Shown one piece after another: positions 51,841 to 64,000 of a stretch of DNA of 64,000 nt. The position numbers were made by a program, and so were the translations under genes. Under the pieces are notes generated by a model. It was not told the origin of the DNA, did not search any database, and saw only the letters and a list, made by a program, of their open reading frames with translations. Each line of letters starts with the position of its first letter. The stretch's first letter is position 1. Origin of the DNA: Macrostomum lignano (lineage: Eukaryota); the NCBI GenBank assembly GCA_002269645.1, contig NIVC01001087.1, positions 124,001 to 188,000 on the forward strand. Reading direction: 5' to 3'.

Positions 51841-52199
51841 TACGTATTTGCGCAGTGTGTCGAAATAGCAGTTGGAGAATAAATTGAAAATAAAACCGTG
51901 TAAAACTAGAATCCAGAAAAAAATCAAAGCAATTTTCAAGCCTGAAAACAACGGGCTTAAAAGCTCTATGCGCGCACCGGAGGTGGGGAGGAGAGGGGCG
52001 TAAGGGGAGGGGTGGGGCTCATGCAATTTATACTGAGGCCTACGAAGCTAGTGTAAAGTAAGCATTAACTTGCGTGCAAATCCTAGAATATCTGCAGTCT
52101 GTACGATCTAAATGCACAAATTTTGTGCTACCTGTACTTCATGCGATGCCAGCTGAAGACTGTGCATTTCACATTAGTCTATTAGTATATGTTTCATCT

Positions 52200-52495
52200 G
52201 CCTGTCTGTTCGCTTGTTTGTCTTAGTGTCTGTCGGTCTGTGTGTCTGTCTGTATTAGTGTCTGTCGGTCTGTGTGTCTGTCTGTATTAGTGTCTGTCGG
52301 TCTGTGTTTCTGTCTGTCTGTCTGTCTGTCGATCAGCGTCTGTCTGTCTTAGTGTATGTCGGTCTGTGTCTGCCTGTCTTAGTGTCTGTCGATCAGCGTC
52401 TGTCTGTCTTAGTGTCTGTCGGTCTGTGTCTGCCTGTCTTAGTGTCTGTCGGTCTGTGTGTCTGTCTGTCTTAGTGTCTCTCTCTGCCTGCCTAC
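52200..52495. repeat. TCTG-derived compound repeat
   Basis: ttagtgtctgtcggtctgtgt variants. Confidence 0.85.
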
Positions 52496-53726
52496 CTGGA
52501 TTCCATTGAGAGTCAGCATTAATTTCAGACTATTAAATTATTCGCTGTGCAATACTAAAGCAAGCGAACCCGGGATTCTATAAGTTAGCCATGTAGTGCA
52601 ATCTGCATTTCTTGGTCCTGCTACCCCTTGTCTGAGGCGGCCTCCCTGGGTGACCAGTTCTGGCTGGTTAGGGGTGGGTGCTCCGGCCCTTTGTTTGAGC
52701 CCTCGCCCTCCCGCCTACCCCCCCCCCCCGCGGCCTGATTGGTCTTTCGGCTGTTTTAGCTACGCTGGGCGGCTCCGATTGGCTGGGCGAGGCTTCTCTC
52801 TGTCACTCACCCCTTTTTCTCTCTGTTTAAGCCGGTTTGGCAGTATTTATGTTTCAGTGCGTCTTAATTTGCCTAAAAAAGGCTCTCTCGCCGTTCTCAG
52901 CCCTTCTCTTTGTTGCGGTTGCATTCCTGTGTTTGTTAAATTAAAATTAAAACTAAACAGACAAAGTGCGGAGAAAGCCTGATAGAGATTAGAGAATACA
53001 TTCAGATAGACCATACAAAGCTAGAGATTAGAGATCCAGCAGCTAGAAGAAAACAGCAAATTAAGCAAGCTCGACCCGACTTTCGACTGATTGACCACAT
53101 TGGTAAGAGCTGTCGTAGTGTTGCTCATTTCCGGGGTTGTCAGAACTGCGGCTATTCAGATTTAAAGCAGTGCGTCCTAACGCCTGTGTACTGATTTTCA
53201 TACAGTTATTTGTTGAGCTACTGATACAGTACATCAGAGTAACCTAGAAGCACGCCGTGAGTGTCCCAACACCACACAGTGCCAGGTCGAGTCTGTGCGT
53301 CCCGACGCCTGAAAGTATCTCTTATCATACTTGTAAGAACGTATAAGCAGAATTGGACTGTGGAGCGGGGACCAAACCGACCACAGCCACTACAGCTAAA
53401 TAATATATACACGTGACTCGGACCGGGGCGGTGCCGTATCTTGTGCCCACAGAGGCAGTGTTTGGCGCAGCGAAGCTCGGGTTGCTAAGTCGCCATTCGC
53501 TGAGTCACTCGCCAAAATAGCCAACCAAATAAAATCTCGTCGCCAGAATCAAATAAACCAATGCCAATGCTGATAAGAGTTAAATGGCTCGGCCGAAATA
53601 TAATCTTTCTCTGCTTTTATCTGCAGCTGTATTAAAACACACTGCTGCGCCAACTAAGAACTGGTTCTGAAAACTCCACCCTTGCCTTTCTTTCAACGAA
53701 AGGCAAAACCAAGCAAGCGATTGGTA

Positions 53727-56700
53727 ATGGAGTTCTTCAGACAGGCTTTGTTCATCTTCAAGCTGTTAATTTGGTTGAAGTCCTATCGTTTTCTCTACTG
53801 CGTGTTCCCCATCGCCTGCCTTGTGTCCAACACCTACCTGTACCCGATAATTAGCAATGCTTTCGCACCTAGCACCGAGTCCATCGTCGGCTTGCAAACG
53901 TTTGGTGTCGAGGATTTCGTCAGCGGCAGCCGATTGGTGGCCGACAGTGGGCTGTTGCAGACGCAGGCGCTGCTAGACATTGTTGCCAAGAGGCAGAGTC
54001 GACCGTCCGACAAGGACAGCTTCCTGACCGACTGCTCATCGAAGTCGGACTGCGATGCGAAGTACCTGCGCGCTCTGCACAGCTCGACTGGATCGAAGGT
54101 GTTGAGCTACGCTGATTACGAAGCTGCCAGCCTGTTAAACAGAGTTATGGTGAGTTGCCTGCTAGCTGACAACTCGGATCTCGGCTGTCCGTATGCGGTG
54201 CAGCTCGTGGCTCAATCCCTAAGCACTAATGGCACAGCGTTTAGAAACGTTCAATTTTTTAGCCTGTTGAGTCAGCAAGCCCGTCAGCTGAATTCGGGGG
54301 ACAAGTTGACCGCACCGATGCCAACACAATCGCAGGATTCAGTCTGCACAAAGAACAATGGCTCGATCTATCGGTTAATCTTTCCAACTTTGCTGATGCT
54401 TCAAATGGTTTTGATTTCCACTGGGATGACATTTTTTGTCACGCTAGGCAACGTTTCTTGTATTAGTAGACTAAAACAAGACGGATTTCTGCAACTGATG
54501 CATCAAAATGGCCTATCAGTGGGTGCCTATTGGACTGCCATGTGGTTCCTGACTATCCTAGAGATGCTGGTGTTTGGCGGTGTGACGGTATTGGCATTCG
54601 GTCTGCAGTGCTCAATTTTTCCGGCTGAAAGTTTACTTGCAACATTCTTCTTGGTAGTTCTGTTCGGTATTTACCTGTCAGCTCTTGGCTACATGTTCAG
54701 CTCGCTGATTAAGTCTTTCTTCATCACTCTTCTACTGATGGTCCTTGTCACAGTCGTCCACGTTGTTCTCATATTGGTTATTCGACTTAGCCTGATGGGG
54801 GAGGATCAAAACTCCAGAATTGCTCGCTACGTTCTGATAGTGTTTCCGTTTAGCCACCTTGGCGAGTTGTTAATACGCGTTCTGTTTGAGCAAGCCGCCA
54901 TAACAGGCTATTATCTTGCGGTTACAATTGTGAGCTCCTTGGTGCCGGTACTTCTAATTCTACTCAGCATCTACATCGACTTTTTGACGCCAAACGGCAA
55001 CGGATATCGCCTGCCCGCTAACTTTATATTTCAACGTCGGTTTTGGATTCGAAGCGGCGTTTTAAATCCAACAATGCAGGACAGCCAGATGGAGTTGAAC
55101 CGGCTCAATATCGAGCCAGTGTCTGAGGGCCTGCGGCCAAGAGTAAAAGTTCGCGGCGTTGATAAAATCTATCGAAAGAAGGAGTACCCCTGCAGTTCCT
55201 TGCAGATTGTCGCTGCCTTGAACAGGATATCGTGTAAGGTTGCTTGAAAATTGGTCTTAAAAACGTTAGTTTCCACAATTTTGAGCGAAGTGGTTGCACC
55301 AGTTGCACCCAGGGACTACTCAAACACCGGGACGGGAAACTAAATTTTTTTACGAGGCTGGCTGGCAATTATTTGCATTAGAGAGATGCTGTGTTACTTT
55401 GTTGTCTATGGTTATTTTCTACTGCTGATAAAAGACCAGCCTCGTAAAAAATTCCTAGTTTCCCGTCCCGGTCTTTGAGTAGTCCCTGGTTGCACCCTAA
55501 CTAAAACGATTTCTAATCGTTTCTTCCCTATTTTTCTAGGCACCTTGTACGACGGACAAATAACTGCACTAATTGGACACAACGGGGCCGGAAAGACCAC
55601 GCTGCTCAAGATCCTCATTGGCGAAGAGAATCCCACCGACGGAAAAGCCGTAATCGATGGCCGATTGGTAACTGACCCATTGCAGCGCTTGACGCTAAGG
55701 GGACATCTCGGCATTTGCCATCAGACCAATGTTCTGTGCAGCGACTTAACTGTCATGCAGTGCATCGAGCTCGCCCTAATTAGTCGGGGCTACACTCTGC
55801 CTGAGCGAAAATCCGAAGTTGCCGACTTACTGTCAAGACTCGATCTGGATGACAAAGTCAATAAGAAGGCGACAGAGCTTAGCGGTGGGCAGAAGCGCAA
55901 ACTCTGCACCATCCTGTCGCTGATCGGCGAACCAAAAGTGATCTTCCTGGACGAGCCAACCAGCGGACTTGACCCAGTGTCGAGGCGACGGCTTTGGCAA
56001 ATTCTGCAGGAATACAAAGTCGGTCGCGCTATCGTTCTGTGCACCCAGTTCATGGACGAGGCGGACATTCTAGCGGACCGCAAAATCTTCTTGTCTAGCG
56101 GCTCGCTCATCTGCGCCGGTTCGTCACTTTTCCTCAAGCACGCGTTCGGCTGTGGCTTTGTGCTGAATGTGTCGCTCAAGTCGGAGCAAGTGCTCACTAA
56201 GTTGCTGGCGCTGCTTCGAGACGCGTGCTCTTCCGTCAAGCTGCAAAATCAGTTCCGGACAGAAGTAGAACTGATGCTTCCGGCCAGCGAATTGGACGCG
56301 CTCCCTGGTGTTGTTCGAGTGCTGGAAAACCAAACCGATTTAGTAGAGGCGTTCGGCTTGTCCCAGGCTACTCTAGACGACATCTTCATCCGGCTGAAGG
56401 ACGTAAATCTTGCAGAAATTGAGGCAGCGTTCCAGTCTGGTCAGTTAAGCAACTTTGCGGAGCATCAAGCCAGCGCTAGTAGAGAGGCGCAGAACGAGCT
56501 GCAGACAATGCTAAAGTCTCAGGGAAGCAATGTTACATCGGCGACTTCACCGGAACAGTTTGGCGCACTGATGAAGCTAAACCTTACGCGGCTCAAGAGA
56601 GCCAAGCTAAAGCTGTGTTGTCGGTTTATCTTTCCAATCATACTTCTTGCCGCGCTAATTGGAGCTCTGTTTTTAGAGCGAAGCCTTCCGCAGAGGATAA

Positions 56701-59379
56701 TCCCGCCAAGACAAAATATAAGCAGCCAAAGTTCTCAAACCGAAGCTACGTGCATCAAGGATGTCGAAGATCAAAACTATCTAAACAAAACTACTTGTTG
56801 CCAACTTTTTAACTGTTATTCTGAAAGTCGTATGGTTGTGCTGAATAAAAGCCGATCTACAGACATCTCCTCGTTTCTCACTCAGCCGGACACACTAAGC
56901 GCACTCAACGGTACTTGCATTCTGCACTATTCCTGTCCTATTGTGTATTCGACGTCGTGGAATCAGGCAGAAAATAATAATTCAAACCGAACCCTCTACG
57001 TTGGCGTCTTCTCTAACCAGTATTCGCCGTTTCAAGAATCGAAAATCGCCCAACTGTTAGACAGCTATTCTTCGCTGGCTACGTACTTTGGCCTTGGTAG
57101 CATCCGAAACTTCGTGTTTCCGGTTGGAATTCGTAGCTATCAAACTAGCGTTTATCCTGTAATGGGAATATTTATTTTTGTTTTCATCTTCTCAATTATC
57201 CCAGTGACATACATCAGCGATCCCCTCGAGGACAAGGACTCCAAGGTGCGCTATCATCTTCGCTCAATGGGAATGAGAAGTATTGGCTATTGGTTCAACA
57301 CGTTTCTGCTCCACTGGTGCCAGTACGCTGTGTTTGTTCTTCTGTCAGCTATCCTGTTTGCTGCCATTATTCCCCGTAACTATGGCAACGCGTTTTTCAT
57401 AGCTGGCGCTGGTCTGCCCTGCCTGTTTATCGGGTGCGCCAGCAACCAGTTGTGGGTCTACTCGATCGGAATGCTCCTAAAGAAACCCAACCCGATAGTG
57501 ACAGTGATCTACTTCTTCATCGCTATGTGGCTTAGCAGTGCCGTGTCGGCTGTGCAATTCAGCTACTTGGCCAGCATTATAACAATATGGTTGTTGCCTC
57601 CGTTTGCCACCGTTTCACTAGTCTTCTTTGTCGTGAAGTTGTCCATCTACGCAATGTCTTATTACAATCTAGATAACATTAGCGACATACCAAACCAGGC
57701 ATCCGTATACTTCTCCAATCCTTACGTTCTCCATTCGCTAATAGCGGTGATTGCTCACATAGTTCTGCTGATTGCGTTCATTGCAATGATGGAGAACCGA
57801 TCGGAGATTGCGTCAGCGTGCGGCAGGGCTCTGCGACGGAAGACAAACATTCAGCAGCAGATGCTGAACCAGAGCTCGGATGCAGGAGTCAAGCAGGAAA
57901 TCGAGCGAATTGGCCAATCCAACAGGAGTAGACAAAACGTACTGGAGGTTAAAAGTCTGGAGAAAAAGTACGACAACGGAGTGCTAGCGGTGAAGGGCGT
58001 GTCATTTGGAGCCATCTCGGGTGAAATATTCGGCCTACTTGGGCCTAACGGAGCCGGCAAGACAACCACTCTAGCTGTTGTTGTTGGCGAGGAGGTGGCC
58101 ACGGGCGGCAGCTGCGAGGTGTGCTCCCACGATATCTGGATGTCTGGAAGCGACGGTGCCACCAATGGAGCAGTTGGCTATTGTCCTCAGCACAATCCTT
58201 TGTTCGACAGCATCACAGTGATGGAGCATCTGGAATTCTATTCTAGAATCCGTGGCGTGCCCAAAAACGTGGCCGCTAAGCAGATTCCAAACCTGGTGAA
58301 CGGCCTGGGCCTCAGCGAGCACCGCAATAAGCAAGCGGAACAGCTGTCGGGTGGTAACAAGCGCCGTCTCTGCCTGGCAATTTCTCTTCTGGGCAATCCT
58401 TCCCTGGTTGTCATTGACGAGGCCTCGACAGGTGTCGATCCGGAGGCCAAGCGTCTAATTTGGAGTGCTATTCGCGGCATGGCGAACGACCAGCGGTCAG
58501 TGGTGGTGACAACCCACAGCATGGAAGAAGTGGAAGCACTCTGCAGCCGCGTCGGGATCATGAACCACGGCTACATGATTGCGTTCGGCACAATACAACA
58601 GTTGAGAAGTCGGTAAGTGTGGTTGCTTGGTAGCATTCCTGCCTGCTTTTTGATACATGGTCCTTGGACTAATGGTCCTTGCGCTTAGATCTGTGCCACA
58701 TCCGTAGAGAAGAGAAGGGGAGGGGACAAGCAACGCAGAAAAACTATCAAGAGATTGAGCCGAGAAATTTTCTTAGGGAGACCAGGCTTTCCATTTAAAA
58801 AAGGTCCGATGACACGGGCAGACGCCAACATAGCCATAGAATCACGCGGGCATTCTAGAATTTTCGACCACCTACAACGTATGCAGAGAGAAATATAACG
58901 GATATGAATATTCTTCCAATAACGCCTTAACATTTAGGTAAGAATAAACTGGGCTAGCTGGCTGGTTGAATTACGCTCGTATATACATATTTGGTTATCA
59001 ATGTAAACCAACCCAACACGCCAGATACGGACATGCCTATACGCTTGACATTCTGCTTAACGTCACAAGCGATCTGCAGCCAAGCCAGGTGCGCGACAAG
59101 ATGCGTCGCGTGATCAACGCCGTCATGGAAAAGTTTCCGCACTGCAAAATCTCTGAGGAGCTTTCTAATCGCGTCCAGTTTCTGGTGCCCCAGGATTCCA
59201 TTGGTAGCAGCTTGTCGGATGCCCTGGCTTGGCTCACCGAGAACCAAGCCGCTCTAAGCATTCAATACTTCACGTTCTACCAGATGTCGCTCGATCAAGT
59301 CTTTGTTCGTCTGATTAAAGAGCACGAAGACGTCAAGGGTAAAGACAACACTGCGTTCCGTTCGATTGAAGATCTATAA
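53727..59379 (+). CDS. Full-length ABC subfamily A lipid transporter, 3 coding exons, ~1644 aa
   Basis: Exons 53727-55233, 55540-58612, 59025-59379 (4935 nt, phases agree). NBD1: GHNGAGKTT / LSGGQ / VIFLDEPTSGLDP. NBD2: GPNGAGKTT / LSGGN / IDEASTGVDP / TTHSMEE. Two multi-TM domains with large extracellular loops; regulatory-domain motifs GLSQATLDDIF and MSLDQVF. Confidence 0.95.
55310..55488. mobile_element. hAT-type MITE (179 bp) in ABCA intron 1
   Basis: ~53-bp TIRs starting CAGGGACTACTCAAA, with an 8-bp TSD gttgcacc at 55302-55309 and 55489-55496. Confidence 0.9.
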
Positions 59380-59619
59380 AATTCGCATGCACTTCGAGAA
59401 TGAATTGATGTTGTGAAAAAATGACAATTAACTAAAAACAAAAACTTCTTCGCGCATCATGTTATTCTAGCCTGAAACACTGTGTTAAACCGATAAATAC
59501 TTGTTACTGCCCTTAATATTTGTTGTTGTGCACTATTACGTGGAATTTCAAAATTAGCAATTCCCACCTCTAATTACAGGAGTTATTAGTCAAGCAACTG
59601 TTGCTTTTAGACATTGGAA

Positions 59620-60035
59620 TAACTGTTAGACAGAACTAAATACCTGTTAGACAGAATTAAATACCTGTTAGACAGAACTAAATACCTGTTAGACAGAATT
59701 AACTACCTGTTAGACAGAATTTAATACCTGTTAGACAGAACTAAATACCTGTTAGACAGAAATAAATATCTCTTAGATAGAATTAAATACCTGTTAAACA
59801 GAATAAAATATCTGTTAGACTGAACTAAATACCTGTTAAACAGAATTGAGTACCTGTTAGACAGAACTGAATACCTGTTAGACAGAACTAAATACCTGTT
59901 AGACAGAATTAACTACCTGTTAGACAGAAATAAATATTTGTTAGACTGAACTAAATACCTGTTAAACAGAATTAAATACCTGTTAGACAGAACTAAATAC
60001 CTGTTAGACCGAATTAACTACCTGTTAGACACAAT
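59620..60035. repeat. 21-bp minisatellite (acctgttagacagaattaaat)
   Basis: Direct tandem copies; same family as 60738-61365. Confidence 0.93.
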
Positions 60036-60737
60036 GGAATACCCGCTGTTGGTAGTTCATTCTATGCATGCAATATAAATTCTCTAACTGTACTCAAGGA
60101 GAATCTATTATTATTCTTCTGTATTCTAGATAATATTTTTCAAAATCTTCAAAACCTCTATATTTAACTGTTGTATTGATTGTTCTTTTTCAATTTACTT
60201 TTTTTGTCCGACAGAAGTTTTACGTGGCACAGATAGAAAGCAATACAAATGAATTAAATTTTCTACAAGTTTAAGGATGCTTACCAATAAATTATACCGG
60301 AAGTAGCAAATGGAAGGTAAACATATTACGAGTATTTGATACGCCAATCGTATTTATGGCTCTATGCATCTTGCACAAACAAAAGGGATATATGCTGCGA
60401 AACATGCAATGCAAGCAAGAATGGTTAAAAATAGCAAATAAATCTGCAGTAGCATTTTGTATTCTGTTAAGGATACGTTGCATCCTCAAAGAGACGCTAA
60501 GCCTCAATCAAGCATGAAACACAAAATAGGTACTTAACGGGCTTCACAGGTAGATTCGATCTGCTAAGCAAATATTCGCTCGTATAAATCGAAACGTTTA
60601 ACATAAACACTTTGGTTATTATTGCTAACTGATACACTTGATATGGCCGTGTATTTCAAGTCACGTGACAGATGCTGTGTAGGAAATAAAAATATGCGTT
60701 TTGTAGATGTGGCAAATCAAAGCCTGTTAGAGTTCTA

Positions 60738-61365
60738 ATACCTGTTAGACAGAATGGAATACCTGTTAGACAGAATGGAATACCTGCTAGACAGAATGGA
60801 ATACCTGTTAGACAGAATGGAATACCTGTTAGACAGAATGGAATACCTGTTAGACAGAATGGAATACCTGTTAGACAGAATGGAATACCTGCTAGACAGA
60901 ATGGAATACCTGTTAGACAGAATGGTGTACCTTTTAGACAGAATGGTGTACCTGTTAGACAGAATGGTGTACCTTTTAGACAGAATGGTGTACCTGTTAG
61001 ACAGAATGGTGTACCTGTTAGACAGAATGGTGTACCTGTTAGACAGAATGGTGCAACTGTTAGACAGAATGGTGTACCTGTTAGACAGAATGGTGTACCT
61101 GTTAGACAGAATGGTGTACCTGTTAGACAGAATGGTGTACCTGTTAGACAGAATGGTGTACCTGTTAGACAGAATGGTGTACCTGTTAGACAGAATGGTG
61201 TACCTGTTAGACAGAATGGTGTACCTGTTAGACAGAATGGTGTACCTGTTAGACAGAATGGTGCAACTGTTAGACAGAATGGTGTACCTGTTAGACAGAA
61301 TGGTGTACCTGTTAGACAGAATGGTGTACCTGTTAGACAGAATTGTGTACCTGTTAGACAGAATA
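60738..61365. repeat. 21-bp minisatellite (acctgttagacagaatggaat/ggtgt)
   Basis: Near-perfect tandem copies. Confidence 0.95.
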
Positions 61366-61939
61366 AGAGCTGGAACCAGAGTGTTAAAAGCTCACGATGA
61401 AATCGCAAATTAAAAGGCATAAAGTCAATCTGAAATTAATTTGAATATTCTAGCTCGTATGAATATATTTAGGCACAAGAAAAAATAATTTTATGAAATT
61501 TAATCACATGGCTGATAAATTAATACTCGTAAGTCGAGTCTTGGATAGAACTTTAAAAAAATAACTGAAAATTCTGCTAACAAAAATGCAGAAATAATTA
61601 AAAAATTATTTTTTCAGTTTTTCTAAATTAGAAAACAAGAATAATTATTTGAAAACAGTTGTCAAAAAATCTGATTTATTTTCATCTCCAGTTGCTTAAC
61701 AACAGAACTGAGTGATTAGATCAATACTTGGCTAGAACAGTGAGTGATTTATAATCTTTCTTAAGTTATTAAAAAGGAAAATATGTAGCAAATATCGACT
61801 TCAAAACTGATTACCTAAAAAATTAAACATAAAAAATTTCCAATAAAATAAAATCGTTCGATGAGACTGAAAATATCACAATGACTAAATTTTGACTGGG
61901 ACTAGAACTAATGGCCTGCGATTTTGGGGATGAAAACTG

Positions 61940-62270
61940 GGTCATGAGAGTCATCAACTGACAAACTGGAACATGAGAGTCATCACCTGACCAACTGGGT
62001 CATGACAGTCATCACCTGACCAACTGGGTCATGACAGTCATCACCTGACCAACTGGGTCATGAGAGTCATCACCTGACCAACTGGGTCATGACAGTCATC
62101 ACCTGACCAACTGGGTCATGACAGTCATCACCTGACCAACTGGGTCATGAGAGTCATCACCTGACCAACTGGGTCATGGGAGTCATCACCTGACCAACTG
62201 GGTCATGAGAGTCATCACCTGACCAACTGGGTCATGAGAGTCATCACCTGACCAACTGGGTCATGAGAGT
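61940..62270. repeat. 29-bp minisatellite (tcatcacctgaccaactgggtcatgacag)
   Basis: About 10 copies. Confidence 0.95.
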
Positions 62271-62516
62271 AGGTCAAGAGTAGGTAAAACTAGGTCAATT
62301 GTAAAATTAAAAAATTCTCAATCATGCAAACAAAAAAGCATCTAGCATAAACGAATTGTCGTACAAGAAAAAGCGCTAAAATATGAAAAATTAGAAAGCA
62401 ACTAGAAAAAGCAACAAAAATATTAATAATAGTATTAGTAACAAGAGAGATAGTAACTCGGCAGTTATAGCATATACGAGTATACTGACAGAATTCTTAC
62501 TATTGATGGGCACACG

Positions 62517-63663
<1,147 letters not shown>

Positions 63664-63841
63664 TTATCATTAATTATAATATGCTTCAAATATTTATACT
63701 TGATTTAGATAAGTCTGGGGAGTGCTTTATAACTTAAAACCTGTTCTATAAAGATTTCACTCTCTACGGTCAAAAGCCCTCTACAACAGTCCTAACGTAC
63801 AAGAGAACTTCAAATCTGATTGGACAGAGTGATCAGAGCCA

Positions 63842-64000
63842 TTTTGATTGGCTTTATTGCATATGGTCGAGTGCAGTTCTGTGGCAATGGCTTTGATTGG
63901 CTCTCGCATTGTCTATGGCCGAGTGCAGTTCTGTGGCAATGGCTTTGATTGGCTCTCGCATTGTCTATGGCCGAGTGCAGTTCTGTGGCAGTGGCTTTGA
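63842..64000. repeat. ~49-bp tandem repeat running off the window end
   Basis: tttgattggctctcgcattgtctatggccgagtgcagttctgtggcaatggc repeated. Confidence 0.9.

Noticed and set aside
60656-61420. 254-aa and 219-aa ORFs (LTGTPFC / MVYLLDR repeats)
   Set aside because: Translations of a 21-bp minisatellite.

Overview
Eukaryotic (animal) genomic DNA with GT-AG introns, GC-rich exons and a different minisatellite in many introns. A Macrostomum-like flatworm or another spiralian is my inference, not something the sequence proves. Host genes reconstructed by hand with consistent splice phases: (1) a 24-exon NACHT/WD-repeat NWD1/NWD2-like gene (+, 5217-27231, ~1808 aa); (2) a head-to-head pair of DEG/ENaC channel paralogs (-, 38146-28698, ~669 aa; +, 39502-46687, ~610 aa); (3) a 3-exon full-length ABCA transporter (+, 53727-59379, ~1644 aa); (4) the 3' end of a PCYT2-like cytidylyltransferase (-, 63647-62517). 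There are also two intronless orphan ORFs, decayed LINEs, two SINE families and MITEs. The most striking feature is intron 2 of the minus-strand channel gene (31880-37330). It holds a Crypton-type tyrosine-recombinase element with TA-flanked terminal inverted repeats (35235-36993) and an inverted 272-bp miniature copy of the same element (31951-32222). Between them lies an intronless secreted protein of unknown family (33539-34921), so the block looks like a composite tyrosine-recombinase transposon carrying cargo. Other notable items: a gene-conversion tract between the two channels, minisatellites made from a splice donor and from a SINE Pol III A-box, a nested antisense fibrinogen-domain gene fragment, and a family of GATC satellites including a near-perfect 5-kb intronic array. 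All coordinates were read by eye; repeat boundaries are approximate.
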